This document shows, in pieces, positions 51,842 to 61,910 of a stretch of DNA of 64,000 nucleotides. The stretch spans positions 128,001 through 192,000 of the forward strand of contig CAVQUB010000008.1 of NCBI GenBank assembly GCA_963716725.1, in the 5' to 3' direction. A program made the translations under genes and the position numbers. The stretch is from an uncultured delta proteobacterium (GTDB taxonomy: Bacteria > Myxococcota_A > Polyangia > Polyangiales > Polyangiaceae). The notes under the pieces were generated by a model. That model saw only the letters and a list, made by a program, of their open reading frames with translations, made no database searches and was not told the origin of the DNA. Each line of letters starts with the position of its first letter. Within the stretch, counting starts at the first letter, position 1.

Positions 51842-52993
51842 ATGCTCTCGAGGCGAAGCGCCTTCCCGCGCGACCCAAACGCCCTGGCGAAGGCCGCCGA
51901 TCGCGCCCGAGCCTGCGGCGCTCCGCTGATCGATCTCACGGTTACCAATCCGACGTCGGCGGGGCTGCCCTACGAGGGCGAGAGGATCCGCGCAGCCTTC
52001 GCCAGCGAGCGCGCGCTGAGCTACGAGCCTGCGCCATTCGGGATCGATTCTGCGCGCGATGCCGTCTGCGTCGAACTGGCGCGGGACGGGATTGACGTCT
52101 CGCGCGATCGGGTCGTGCTCACCGCGAGCACTAGCGAGGCATACTCCTTCGCGTTTCAGCTGCTCTGTGACCCGGGGGACGCGGTGCTGGTTCCGGCCCC
52201 GAGCTACCCGCTGCTCGAGCATCTGGCTGCGCTCTCGGGCGTGCGCCTGGTTCCCTATCCGCTCGCCTACGACGGAGCCTGGCACATCGATGCCGACGCG
52301 CTGCAAAAGGCGCGCTGCGCCGACGCGCGCGCCGTGGTCGTCGTCAGCCCGAACAACCCGACGGGCTCGTTCTTGAAGCGAAACGAGCTCGAGCTAATCG
52401 CAGACCTCGGCCTGCCGATCATCAGCGACGAGGTCTTTGCCCGCTATCCGTTGACCGAGGACGAGACGCGAATCACGACGGCGCTCGAAACCAGCCGCGT
52501 CTTGGTCCTCGCTCTTGGCGGACTGTCCAAGCTGGCCGCGTTGCCGCAGCTCAAGCTCGGCTGGATGTTGATCGGCGGCCCTCCTGCGCTGGCGGCAGAA
52601 GCTCTCGGGCGACTGGAGCTGATCGCCGACACCTTTCTTTCCGTCGGCGCTCCCGTGCAACACGCGCTCCCAGAGATCTTCGACGCCTCCCGCTCCACGG
52701 TGGACGCGATCCGGTCGAGAGTTCGTGACGGTCTGGCTGTTGTGTCGGCCGAGCTCCGAGCGAGTCCGGCGAGCGTCTTGCACGTCGAAGGCGGCTGGGT
52801 TTCGGTGCTGAGGCTGCCTCGAACCAAGAGTGAGGAGGCGTGGGTCACCGGCCTCGTGGAGCGCGAAGGCGTTCTGGCGCAGCCGGGGTGGTTCTTCGAT
52901 TTTCCCGACGAACCCTACCTGGTCGTGAGTCTGCTGACGCCACCGGCCAATCTCGCGGAGGGCCTCCGGCGTCTTGCGCGCCATCTCGGGTGA
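51842..52993 (+). CDS. PLP-dependent aminotransferase class I/II
   Basis: PSYP, SPNNPTG, ISDEVF, GLSK...PQLKLGW. Confidence 0.92.
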   Translation: MLSRRSAFPRDPNALAKAADRARACGAPLIDLTVTNPTSAGLPYEGERIRAAFASERALSYEPAPFGIDSARDAVCVELARDGIDVSRDRVVLTASTSEAYSFAFQLLCDPGDAVLVPAPSYPLLEHLAALSGVRLVPYPLAYDGAWHIDADALQKARCADARAVVVVSPNNPTGSFLKRNELELIADLGLPIISDEVFARYPLTEDETRITTALETSRVLVLALGGLSKLAALPQLKLGWMLIGGPPALAAEALGRLELIADTFLSVGAPVQHALPEIFDASRSTVDAIRSRVRDGLAVVSAELRASPASVLHVEGGWVSVLRLPRTKSEEAWVTGLVEREGVLAQPGWFFDFPDEPYLVVSLLTPPANLAEGLRRLARHLG

Positions 52994-53107
52994 CACTGCA
53001 CGCACGCCCCCCCATTGCCTTCGATGCTTCGGTTGGTCATCCTGCCCGCGGCCCGGAACTTGCTCGGATTCCGGCCCGCACGGGGTCGCCGTGCGCAGGA
53101 GGACACT

Positions 53108-55075
53108 TTGATTCGTCGCCGATCGCTTGGGTTCGTGCTCATGGGCAGCGGTATTCTCGTCGCTTGCGGGGCGCGCGACGCCATGGACAGCCCGTGCCCG
53201 ATGGGCTTCGCTGACGAAGACGGACAGTGCATCCCGATCACGGGTGGCACAGGCGGCAAAGGTGGCACAGGTGGCACCGGCGGCGTCGGCGGGACTGGGG
53301 GCTTCGGCGGCGGCGGCTTCGGCGGCGGGGGCTTCGGGGGTTTCGGCGGCGGGGGCTTCGGCGGGACCGGCGGCTTCGGGGGTTTCGGCGGCACGGGCGG
53401 TGGAGGGATGGGTGGCACCGGAGGGTTCACCGGCGACTGCTGCTCGCCGCAGCCTTGGCCTGGCTGTAGCGATCCGTTCATCACGAAATGCGTTTGCGCG
53501 GCGGATCCCTTCTGCTGCAACAACCAGTGGGACGGCGCCTGCGCGAATGAAGTGACCTCACTGGGCTGCGGCAACTGCGGCACCGGAGGCACCGGAGGCA
53601 TGGGCGGCTTCGGAGGCATGGGCGGCTTCGGAGGCATGGGCGGTTTCGGAGGCATGGGCGGTTTCGGAGGCATGGGTGGCTTCGGAGGCATGGGTGGCTT
53701 CGGAGGCATGGGTGGCTTCGGAGGCATGGGTGGCTTCGGTGGCACCGGCGGCTTCGGAGGCATGGGTGGCTTCGGTGGCACCGGCGGCTTCGGAGGCACC
53801 GGCGGCTTCGGAGGCATCGGTGGCATCGGAGGCATCGGTGGCATCGGTGGCATCGGTGGCTTCGGTGGCACCGGCGGCACCGGCGGCACCGGCGGCACCG
53901 GCGGCACCGGCGGCACCGGCGGCGGTTGCTCGGTCGGCGACTGCGACAACGACGGCTATAGCGTCGCCGACGGCGACTGCTGCGATCAGCCCGGCGGATG
54001 CAGCACCACACCCGAGCTCGTGAACCCAGGCGCCATCGAGTACATCGGCAACGCAGTGGACGACGACTGCGACGGGTTCTTCGACGAGATCGATCCGCCC
54101 TGTGACAACGCGGTCACCAATTCGGGAACCGGCGATCCGCTCGACTACGCCAAGGCCTTGGATCTCTGCCAGTTCACCACGGAGACGGTGCCCACCAAGA
54201 AGGACCTCAAGTGGGGCGTCATCAGCGGCAAGCTGACTCGCGCCAACGGAACCGGCGCCCCGGCGGTCCAGAGCCGATCGATCCGCTCCAAGTTTGGATC
54301 GGCGCTGTTCCCGTTGAAAGGGCAGAAGATGGCCCTCTTGTCTTCCGGTGCCGCGGCCGCGCCCGGGGACGCCAATCCGTCCCATCAGGCCTTCCAGTCG
54401 GGTGTGGACACGGGAACGACCAGTCCGTTCCCTGCCGATTGGTTCGCGGCAAACGGCAATACGCTACCGAATGCGCCCGGCTGTCCCGCCGTGGGTCAGG
54501 GTGGCGGCCAGGCGTTCAATCCGGTGATGCTCACGCTGCGGGTGCGGGTGCCGACCAACGCCAAGTCCTTCAGCTTCAACTCGTTCTTCTTCTCAGCGGA
54601 GTTCCCCGAGTTCGTTTGCACGAACTTCAACGACTTCTTCGTCGCTCTGGTCGATGCTCCCGTCACCACGAATCCGAAGGACAAGAACCTCGCCGTCTAC
54701 ATCGCGCCGGACTTCAAGCGCTACCCGATCGGTGTGAACCTGTCGCATTCGACCAACCTGTTCGCGGTCTGCGACGCCGGCGTGACCGGTTGCTCGGGCG
54801 GAGTGCCCGGCACCGCCAAGTGCCTGATGGGCCCCGCGCTCTTGGCGGGCACCGGCTTCGACACCAACACGGGTGGCTGCGGCACGCCGCCAAACGACAG
54901 CAAGCTGCTCGGTGGCGGCACCGGCTGGCTCACCACCGCGGGCAACGTCGCCTCGGGTCAGGTCATGGAGCTGCGCGTCGCGATCTGGGACACCGGCGAC
55001 GGCATCTACGACTCGCTCGTGCTGCTCGACAACTGGCTCTGGAACCTCAGCCCGGCATCACCGGGCACCCGCTGA
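53108..55075 (+). CDS. Surface lipoprotein: Gly-rich repeats, Cys-rich module, MopE-like motif, choice-of-anchor L-like domain
   Basis: Lipobox LVAC; DNDGY..DC...NPGAIE...DDDCDG..DE; FFSAEFPEFVC..FNDFF, IWD.GD.IYDS; TTG start with AGGAGG RBS. Confidence 0.85.
   Translation: MIRRRSLGFVLMGSGILVACGARDAMDSPCPMGFADEDGQCIPITGGTGGKGGTGGTGGVGGTGGFGGGGFGGGGFGGFGGGGFGGTGGFGGFGGTGGGGMGGTGGFTGDCCSPQPWPGCSDPFITKCVCAADPFCCNNQWDGACANEVTSLGCGNCGTGGTGGMGGFGGMGGFGGMGGFGGMGGFGGMGGFGGMGGFGGMGGFGGMGGFGGTGGFGGMGGFGGTGGFGGTGGFGGIGGIGGIGGIGGIGGFGGTGGTGGTGGTGGTGGTGGGCSVGDCDNDGYSVADGDCCDQPGGCSTTPELVNPGAIEYIGNAVDDDCDGFFDEIDPPCDNAVTNSGTGDPLDYAKALDLCQFTTETVPTKKDLKWGVISGKLTRANGTGAPAVQSRSIRSKFGSALFPLKGQKMALLSSGAAAAPGDANPSHQAFQSGVDTGTTSPFPADWFAANGNTLPNAPGCPAVGQGGGQAFNPVMLTLRVRVPTNAKSFSFNSFFFSAEFPEFVCTNFNDFFVALVDAPVTTNPKDKNLAVYIAPDFKRYPIGVNLSHSTNLFAVCDAGVTGCSGGVPGTAKCLMGPALLAGTGFDTNTGGCGTPPNDSKLLGGGTGWLTTAGNVASGQVMELRVAIWDTGDGIYDSLVLLDNWLWNLSPASPGTR
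53594..53921 (+). repeat. Coding tandem repeat of 18-nt (GGMGGF/GGTGGF) and 9-nt (GGI/GGT) units
   Basis: ggaggcatgggcggcttc-type units, about eight consecutive copies then variants. Confidence 0.95.
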
Positions 55076-55076
55076 C

Positions 55077-55886
55077 TCAGCTGTGACGCTGGCGTCGCGC
55101 GGCCAAGAGGCCGAGGCCCAGGAGGCCTAGGGCGAGTCCGCCCGCGGGCTCGTTCCGGGTATTCGCGAGACGGCATCCGCAGCCGCCGGGCTTCTCCTTC
55201 ACTTCACCGGGCTTCTCCGGCGTGGGCTCGTCGACGGGATCCGCTACCGGCTCTTTCGCGGCGGGCTCTTCCTTCTTCTCTTCTCCGCCCTCGCCGCCGC
55301 CGCCCGCGGCTTCCTTCTCCTCGGCGGCCTTCTTCGCGGCTTCCTTCTCCTTCTTGGATTTGGGATCCGCAAAGACCATCGCACGACGGTCGATGATCTC
55401 GTTCTCGCCTTCGAACTTCAGCGTGGTGGGTGCGCCGATGAGCTGACCGTTGCGAGAGTCGCGTACCGACACCTTGTACTCCCCTGCTTCGAAGCCGTGG
55501 GCGCGGGTGAGCTTGAAGCTGAACTTGGTGCCTTTCTCGATCTTGCCGCTGCCCGGGTCCATGAACCCGACCTCGACGCCCTCGATGATGTCCTGTTGCC
55601 CGACGAGGGGCACGCGTCGCTCGACCAGCTTGTCTCCGTCCACCATGGCGCGCTCGAAGTACGCGACGGGTGAGAACTCGAACTTGACTGGGATGTGGGC
55701 GACGTCGGGAGCTCGGTTCAAGAAGATCTTGATCTCGAGCTTCCACGACTTGCTATCGGTCTCCGTGACCGTGGTCTTGGTCCATTGCACTCGACCGGCG
55801 GCGAGGGCGATACTCGCGAACATCAGCAGCGCGATCAACAGCGCGGAGCTCGTGACGAGCCGCACCCAGGAATTCCGCGTCGACAT
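55077..55886 (-). CDS. Secreted protein with MYXO-CTERM sorting signal
   Basis: Signal peptide ALA; GGCGCR...LALGLLGLGLLAARRQR. Confidence 0.85.
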   Translation of the reverse strand: MSTRNSWVRLVTSSALLIALLMFASIALAAGRVQWTKTTVTETDSKSWKLEIKIFLNRAPDVAHIPVKFEFSPVAYFERAMVDGDKLVERRVPLVGQQDIIEGVEVGFMDPGSGKIEKGTKFSFKLTRAHGFEAGEYKVSVRDSRNGQLIGAPTTLKFEGENEIIDRRAMVFADPKSKKEKEAAKKAAEEKEAAGGGGEGGEEKKEEPAAKEPVADPVDEPTPEKPGEVKEKPGGCGCRLANTRNEPAGGLALGLLGLGLLAARRQRHS

Positions 55887-55938
55887 CTGGCAACCTCCGA
55901 CCGAAAGCTAGCGCGAATTCAGGAAATCCAGAAACGCG

Positions 55939-56532
55939 ATGAGCCCCTCCCAGGTCACCAGCCGGCTGATTTGCGCGGCACCGCGGGCGGCAGTGCTCTT
56001 CGCGATGGCCTGCGCGCCGAGCGCGCCGACGACGCTGCCCCACGCTTCAGTGCCGAGTCGCGGCGAAGGCTCCTTGCCCGCCGCTCCGCCGCCGCCGCTG
56101 GTGGCGCCCCCGAGCGAGCAGCATTCTTGCAGCGATGCCCTCGGCAGCGAGCTCGCCAAGATCAGCTGCGACCGGAGACGCTTCGTCGTGGCCCACCCCA
56201 TCGAGCTTCACCCCGATCGAGCAGCGCCGCTGCCGCCCACACGAGAGGTGCTCCAGCGCGTGGGTGAGATCATGCAAGAGGCCGGCGACGTTCTCTTGGT
56301 CCGCGTCGAGGTCGCGTCGGGCTCCGATCCGGGGCGCGATCCCGCGCGTCGGCGCGCCGCTCTGGCGAGTGCGCAGCGGCGCGCCGACGCGCTACTCCAG
56401 TATTTGTGGAGAAAGCGCGGTGTCTCGGCCGAGCGCCTCGAGGCGGTCGCCTACGAATACGATCCGCGCCGCGAGGCAGAAGGATCGGCGTTCCCGGTCG
56501 TCCTTCGCATCGTGCAGCGCGCGAGCCGATGA
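55939..56532 (+). CDS. OmpA-like domain lipoprotein (divergent)
   Basis: FAMAC lipobox; VL..VGEI...VRVE...AQRRADAL..YL...GVSAERLEAVAY. Confidence 0.7.
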   Translation: MSPSQVTSRLICAAPRAAVLFAMACAPSAPTTLPHASVPSRGEGSLPAAPPPPLVAPPSEQHSCSDALGSELAKISCDRRRFVVAHPIELHPDRAAPLPPTREVLQRVGEIMQEAGDVLLVRVEVASGSDPGRDPARRRAALASAQRRADALLQYLWRKRGVSAERLEAVAYEYDPRREAEGSAFPVVLRIVQRASR

Positions 56533-56574
56533 GGCGTTCCTTTCTCGGGGAAGCCAGCGTACGCTTCCGCTTCG

Positions 56575-57414
56575 ATGAGTCGGAGGGTCGCCATCACGCT
56601 CGGCTCGTGGGTGTTTCTGGCTGCGGCAACTGCCCAGGCGGAGCTTCCACGGGACTACTTCTTGGACGCGCCGGCTGCCGGCACGTTCTCCATGTCGGAC
56701 GTGTACAACGTCGGCGCGCAGCAAAGCATCGAGAACCGCGCGCACCTCGAAGAGGGCATGAGCATGCTGACGACCCGGCTCTCGGGCATCGCCAGCTACC
56801 CCTACGCCGACGGCAGCATCAACCTCGACGCGCGCGTGTTTCTGTTCACGCTGGGGGCCAGCGCAGGCTACCGGCAGGTGTACCGCAACCACAGCTTCGC
56901 CCCCGGCGAAGACTCGAGCCGGGACGCGCGCAACGACCGTGAGTCGGACAAGGACTTCGACGCGCAGGGCTTTGCCTACGGCGAAGGGCGCCTCCGTTTC
57001 GTCGTCCCGCTGGATCCTTTCTTCTTGATCAGCACCAATACGGCGCGATTCGAAGACATGGACGACAACTCGCTCGACTGGATGCACGCCAACATGCACG
57101 ACGGCGGGACCCTGTTCAAGAGCGAGGCCACGCTCTTCTATCGCCATCGAAGTCTCGGAGGCATCGGCCCCTATGCGCGGGTGATGAACCTGCCCCGCAC
57201 ACGCGATGACGGAAGTCACGGGCGCGACACCGAACTCCACTACGGCATGGTGTTCGGCACCCGCCCGGGCCTCGTGACTCCGCGCGGGGGCAACGCCGAT
57301 CTGCTTCTGGTGCAGCTGGTGTTCAAGTTTGGCGACGAGGACTTCGGTCTGCACCCGTACCGCTTGCCGGTCTATCCGCTGGCGGTGTACCGGGCCGTGT
57401 TCCGGCTCTTCTGA
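56575..57414 (+). CDS. Putative outer-membrane beta-barrel protein
   Basis: Signal peptide AQA; alternating strands; ends YRAVFRLF. Confidence 0.65.
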   Translation: MSRRVAITLGSWVFLAAATAQAELPRDYFLDAPAAGTFSMSDVYNVGAQQSIENRAHLEEGMSMLTTRLSGIASYPYADGSINLDARVFLFTLGASAGYRQVYRNHSFAPGEDSSRDARNDRESDKDFDAQGFAYGEGRLRFVVPLDPFFLISTNTARFEDMDDNSLDWMHANMHDGGTLFKSEATLFYRHRSLGGIGPYARVMNLPRTRDDGSHGRDTELHYGMVFGTRPGLVTPRGGNADLLLVQLVFKFGDEDFGLHPYRLPVYPLAVYRAVFRLF

Positions 57415-58432
57415 GCTCGATGGCCCACGCGACCGCCAGGCTGGAGGCGGTCAGGATTGCGACGACGACCCAGGTGCGAGCGGGCGTCGAGGGCGAGAGG
57501 CCCGAGAGCTCCGCGACGCCGAGCAGGCCTAGGTGGGCGACGTACGCCGCCAGCGCGTGGCGGCCCAAGAGCAAGCAGGGCGCGATGACGCGGCTTCCGG
57601 CGAGCCGGCGCCCGACCACCAGCCACGCTCCGAGCGAGAGCGTCAGCGGCAAGATCAGCCCCAGCGTGCCGACGGCCGAGTGATTCCAGAATCGGACCGG
57701 TGCTCGGGCGGTGTTGCTGCCGAGATCGAAGAGGGCGAGTTGGCCGCCATGGACGCGATACATGGACGCACGCTCGGTGATCCAACTCGAATCGATCGCC
57801 AACACGCCGACGAAAAGCCCAGCGCTGACGGCGCTGATGACGCCGAGCCCGCGACCGCCGCTGCGCCGCCAGACTCGCCATATCAGCGAACCGATCAAGG
57901 TGAACACGACAATGGGAAAGGCGCCGCCGGGCCCTGCGTTGAGTCCCGGCACGGTGGTGCCGCTGTGGTCGAGCCACGCAGTGATGGACCACACCGCGGC
58001 GCCCGCGAGGCAGAGCGCCAGGTCGGGTGAAGGACTCGCCAGAGCTAGCGAACCCACCGCAATGGCCAAAGCGATCGCTGAGAGGATCCCCGGTGACGCG
58101 ATCAGATCTGGAAGCTCGGGGCCGTATTGCGGCACGAACAGCGCCACGGCGAGCAGATACAAACCCAGGGCGCGCCAGAGCACCTTCCCCGCGACGCTCA
58201 CGCCGGCCTTCTCATGGGCCAATGCGAGGGAGACGCCGGCGATGAACAAGAAGGACGCGGCGATGTACGGCTCGGTCCACATGAAGAAGCGCAGCGATCG
58301 CTCCACGATCGAGGGCTCCGCCCTCGGTTGGAGCCGCTTGGTGTGGACGATGAACATCATCACGACCACGAAGGCGCGATAAAGGTCGAGCCCGGGCTCG
58401 CTTCGCTGGGTCGTGGGGCTCGCTTGGGTCAC
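57323..58432 (-). CDS. Multi-pass membrane acyltransferase-like protein (DUF1624/HGSNAT-like)
   Basis: GLDLYRAF.VVMMFIVH, FLFIAGVSL, GILSAIA, LGRHALAAYVAH. Confidence 0.8.
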   Translation of the reverse strand: MTQASPTTQRSEPGLDLYRAFVVVMMFIVHTKRLQPRAEPSIVERSLRFFMWTEPYIAASFLFIAGVSLALAHEKAGVSVAGKVLWRALGLYLLAVALFVPQYGPELPDLIASPGILSAIALAIAVGSLALASPSPDLALCLAGAAVWSITAWLDHSGTTVPGLNAGPGGAFPIVVFTLIGSLIWRVWRRSGGRGLGVISAVSAGLFVGVLAIDSSWITERASMYRVHGGQLALFDLGSNTARAPVRFWNHSAVGTLGLILPLTLSLGAWLVVGRRLAGSRVIAPCLLLGRHALAAYVAHLGLLGVAELSGLSPSTPARTWVVVAILTASSLAVAWAIELRRAGTRPGTPPADRPASGTGADRSPRRQT

Positions 58433-58479
58433 GTTCCGGGGTACAATCCCTCCCGGAGGCACGCATGGGAAGCCGGGTG

Positions 58480-60072
58480 ATGCAGAGCACATGGCTCTTG
58501 GCCGCGGTCCTCCTCGGCAGCGCGTGCAGCTCGAGCAGCGACGACGTGGCGGGTGGCGGTGGGAATGTTGCCGGAGGCAGCGGCGGCAAGGGCGGTACCG
58601 GAGTCTCTGGTGGCGGGTGGGGCGGCTCCACGGCTGGCTCGGGCAGCGGCGGTAGCTCCAGCGGCGGCACCGGCGGTCTGGCTCCGCTGCCCTGTGACGA
58701 GCGTTTCAAGGTCGTGGATCCAGCGACCGTGGGCGTGCCATTCGATGTGTCGGTCAGCGACGCTTCGCCACACGCCTATGTCGATCTCGAAGTCGCGGGT
58801 CCGGGCTCGCCCTCGAGCGCGTGGGGTGGAGTGGCCGGGAGCAAGCCGTGGACCTGGACCTGGAAGGTCAGCGGACACGGCGCCGGCGTGCTCGACCTCA
58901 GCTTCAAGAAGGACAAGAACAACAACGCGGGCACCACCGTCGCAACCTGCCAGATCCACTCCGTCGGTTCCGGTGGAACCACCGGCGGTGGCGGATCGAC
59001 CGGCGGCGGCGGAAGCGGCGGGACGACGGGGACCGGCGGCACCAGCAGCGGGCCGCCCCCCGCCAACCGCTACGGCATGGGCCTCGTCAACCATGGAGAC
59101 GCCACCGATGTCGATCTCACCTCGAAGCTGGCCGGTCCGGGCGGGTGGTTCTTGGTGATCTTCGCGGACATCACGCCGAACCGCACCAGCGCCGACGCGA
59201 GTTGGAAGTCCAGCATCCAGCAGGCTTACGCCAAGGACTTGATCCCCGTGATTCGCATGGCGCCGCCCTGGGGCGATCGAAAAGTGCGCAACATGGGCGA
59301 GAGCCCGACCTCCTACAAGAAGCTCGCGCAGGCCTACAAGGCCGTGATCCAAGATCTGCCCAAGCGCAGCGATTGGCCCCTCTACGTGCAAATCCACAAC
59401 GAGCCGAACCTCTGCTACGAGTGGGAGTGCGACTCGTCCGCGGGCACGCTCAGCGACAAAACCATCGCCAGCGAGTACGCCCACATGATGCGCGACGTCG
59501 CCGACGCGCTGCACTCAATCGGCGATCCGAGGATCAAGGTCTTGAACGGTGCGCTGGCACCTGGCGGCGTCGCGTGGTGCCAGTGCGGCACCAGCAACTT
59601 CGCCCCCGGCACCCTCGCGTCCACATTCTTGACCCAGATGAACCAGGCGGTGCCGGGCGTGTTCGACAAGATCGACGCCTTTGCCACCCATTCGTATCCG
59701 GCCAAAGGCGAGGGCTGGGGGTTCTTCGTCGCGTACTCCGAGGCGATGACGGGTCTGAAGTACTTCGAGAAGGAGCTCGCGGCCATCAACAAGCCGAACA
59801 TGAAGGTGCTGATCACCGAGACGGGCTGGCCAACCACTTGGGAGGGCGGGATCAACTGGAGCCGCGATCAGGTGGCGGGCTTCACCGTCGATGCGGTGAA
59901 GAACGTCTGGACGACTCATCCGAACGTCCTCGGCATCACGCCCTTCATCCTCCGCGACGGGGGGAACTGGGACAAGTTCGCGTGGACGAAGCCTGACGGC
60001 GCTCCGTATCCTGTCTACACCAAGGTGCGCGCGCACCGCTGCGCGCAGGCCGGGGCCAAGAACTGCAACTAG
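58480..60072 (+). CDS. Lipoprotein with clan GH-A glycoside hydrolase domain
   Basis: Lipobox GSAC; Gly/Ser linkers; QIHNEPN (acid/base), ATHSYP, ITETGW (nucleophile). Confidence 0.85.
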   Translation: MQSTWLLAAVLLGSACSSSSDDVAGGGGNVAGGSGGKGGTGVSGGGWGGSTAGSGSGGSSSGGTGGLAPLPCDERFKVVDPATVGVPFDVSVSDASPHAYVDLEVAGPGSPSSAWGGVAGSKPWTWTWKVSGHGAGVLDLSFKKDKNNNAGTTVATCQIHSVGSGGTTGGGGSTGGGGSGGTTGTGGTSSGPPPANRYGMGLVNHGDATDVDLTSKLAGPGGWFLVIFADITPNRTSADASWKSSIQQAYAKDLIPVIRMAPPWGDRKVRNMGESPTSYKKLAQAYKAVIQDLPKRSDWPLYVQIHNEPNLCYEWECDSSAGTLSDKTIASEYAHMMRDVADALHSIGDPRIKVLNGALAPGGVAWCQCGTSNFAPGTLASTFLTQMNQAVPGVFDKIDAFATHSYPAKGEGWGFFVAYSEAMTGLKYFEKELAAINKPNMKVLITETGWPTTWEGGINWSRDQVAGFTVDAVKNVWTTHPNVLGITPFILRDGGNWDKFAWTKPDGAPYPVYTKVRAHRCAQAGAKNCN

Positions 60073-60383
60073 TCTTCCGGGGACGGCGACGGGATGGTGT
60101 CGTGATTGGCGTCGTCGGCCGGACCGTTCCGGTCGACGGACTGCGGCGCTGGCGGCGCTGGCAGCGTCGCGCCCTCCCCGCCGGGCACCTCGTGCTCGGG
60201 CTGAGTCGGGATCTGATCTTGGTCGACGAAGGGAGCCCAGGTCAGCGAGGGCAGGCGCGGTGCCTTCGGGACCGACACGGGATCGATCTGCTCGATCCGG
60301 CGGGTGCCGCTCCGCCGGCGCGCAGCTGTGGAGTCGACGGCCGCGTCGTCCTTCGGTCCTTGCTTCTTGTGCGCTGACGTCAT
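60069..60383 (-). CDS. Small hypothetical protein
   Basis: 104 aa ORF filling the intergenic gap, disordered composition. Confidence 0.45.
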   Translation of the reverse strand: MTSAHKKQGPKDDAAVDSTAARRRSGTRRIEQIDPVSVPKAPRLPSLTWAPFVDQDQIPTQPEHEVPGGEGATLPAPPAPQSVDRNGPADDANHDTIPSPSPED

Positions 60384-60497
60384 GGTCCCACCCCCAACTC
60401 AGGGCCGGGAGTCTATTCCCCTGGCGGCAGATTGCACGCACCTTCGGGATCCCCTGGAAAAGTGGACTGGTTTGCCTGCCGGGCGCATGATTCGGGC

Positions 60498-61907
60498 ATG
60501 CGGATCACCAGGGCGGCGGTGGTGTTTTCGGCGGCGGGTTACGTGCTGTCGGGCTGCGGTGCCCGGACCGGCGACGATCTCTTCGGGGACGCTACCGGCG
60601 GCGTCGGTGCCAGCGGCGGCGTCGGTGCCAGCGGCGGGTTTGGCGGCGGTGGGTTCGGAGGCGGCGGGTTCGGTGGCACGCCCTTCGGAGGCGGCGGGTT
60701 TGGCGGCGGTGGGTTCGGCGGAACGCCCTTCGGAGGCGGCGGATTCGGTGGCGGCGGGTTCGGCGGCACGCCCTTCGGCGGCGGCGGATTCGGCGGCGGC
60801 GGATTCGGTGGCGGTGGGTTCGGCGGCGGCGGGTTCGGCGGCACCTCCGGCGACTGCTGCGTGCAGCACGCATTTCCGGGCTGCTCCAATCAGTACGTCG
60901 CGGCCTGCGTGTGCAAGCAAGATCCCTATTGTTGCCAAGAGCAGTGGGACGGCGTGTGCGTGGATGAGGTCGACTCCCTGGGCTGTGGCAACTGCGGTTC
61001 CGGCGGATTCGGTGGCACTCCTTTCGGTGGCGGCGGATTCGGTGGCACTCCTTTCGGTGGCGGCGGATTCGGTGGCACTCCTTTCGGTGGCGGCGGATTC
61101 GGCGGCACGCCCTTCGGTGGCGGTGGCACGGGCGGCGGACCCAATTGCGGCGGCGTGCCCTGTCCTTCGAAGCAGGTCCCCAACACTCCGATCACCTTGC
61201 CGGGCTGCTGCCCTCCCACTCCGCCCTACGCGTGCGGCCTCGATACGTCGCCGATCTCCCAGTACGTGCCGCTGCCGAACGCGTGCATGCAGAAGAACCA
61301 ACCGGGCAAGATCGATCCCTCTTGCCCGCAGCAGCCAACGCCGGTGGGACAGCTGCAAGGGTGCTGCAAGCCGAGCGGCATCTGCGGAACTTGGTTCGGC
61401 GCCATCGACCTGGGCTGTGTCGAGACCTGGCAGTACGGCGGTCCGCCGCCCGTGAAGTGCGGCGGTGGCAGCGGTGGTGCCGGTGGCGCCGGCGGTGCCG
61501 GCGGCTTCGGCGGCTTCGGCGGCTTCGGCGGCTTCGGCGGCTCCGGTGGCAGCGCCGGTTTCACGGGCGATTGTTGCGCTACTCAGCAGGGCCCTGGGTG
61601 CGGCGATCCGAGCGTGTGGCAGTGCGTGTGCCCGAAAGACTCGTACTGTTGCACCAGCAACTGGGACAGCATCTGCGTGGAAGAGGTCACCAGCCTGGGC
61701 TGCGGCAAGTGCGGCAGCGGAGGGTCGGGAGGTGTCGCTGGTGGTGGCGGGACGGCCGGGGTCGGCGGCGCGCCGCTCTGTAATCCGTCGTTCTGTCCCA
61801 AGCCGGGACCCCTGCAGCCCTGCTGCGTCTCGTCGAACGGACCTTGCGGAGTTGTCACGCCCAATGGCTGTCTGCCGTACTCGTTTGGCGGAGCCGGCGG
61901 GCAGTGA
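60498..61907 (+). CDS. Cys/Gly-rich lipoprotein
   Basis: Lipobox LSGC; GGGGF/GGTPF repeats separating Cys-rich modules. Confidence 0.85.
   Translation: MRITRAAVVFSAAGYVLSGCGARTGDDLFGDATGGVGASGGVGASGGFGGGGFGGGGFGGTPFGGGGFGGGGFGGTPFGGGGFGGGGFGGTPFGGGGFGGGGFGGGGFGGGGFGGTSGDCCVQHAFPGCSNQYVAACVCKQDPYCCQEQWDGVCVDEVDSLGCGNCGSGGFGGTPFGGGGFGGTPFGGGGFGGTPFGGGGFGGTPFGGGGTGGGPNCGGVPCPSKQVPNTPITLPGCCPPTPPYACGLDTSPISQYVPLPNACMQKNQPGKIDPSCPQQPTPVGQLQGCCKPSGICGTWFGAIDLGCVETWQYGGPPPVKCGGGSGGAGGAGGAGGFGGFGGFGGFGGSGGSAGFTGDCCATQQGPGCGDPSVWQCVCPKDSYCCTSNWDSICVEEVTSLGCGKCGSGGSGGVAGGGGTAGVGGAPLCNPSFCPKPGPLQPCCVSSNGPCGVVTPNGCLPYSFGGAGGQ
61001..61120 (+). repeat. 30-nt coding tandem repeat, 3 exact copies plus 1 variant
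   Basis: cggcggattcggtggcactcctttcggtgg at 61001, 61031, 61061; variant at 61091. Confidence 0.95.
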
Positions 61908-61910
61908 ACT

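Noticed and set aside
53594..61120. Regular repeats as CRISPR arrays
   Set aside because: No unique spacers, units are in-frame Gly-rich coding repeats, and no cas genes are present
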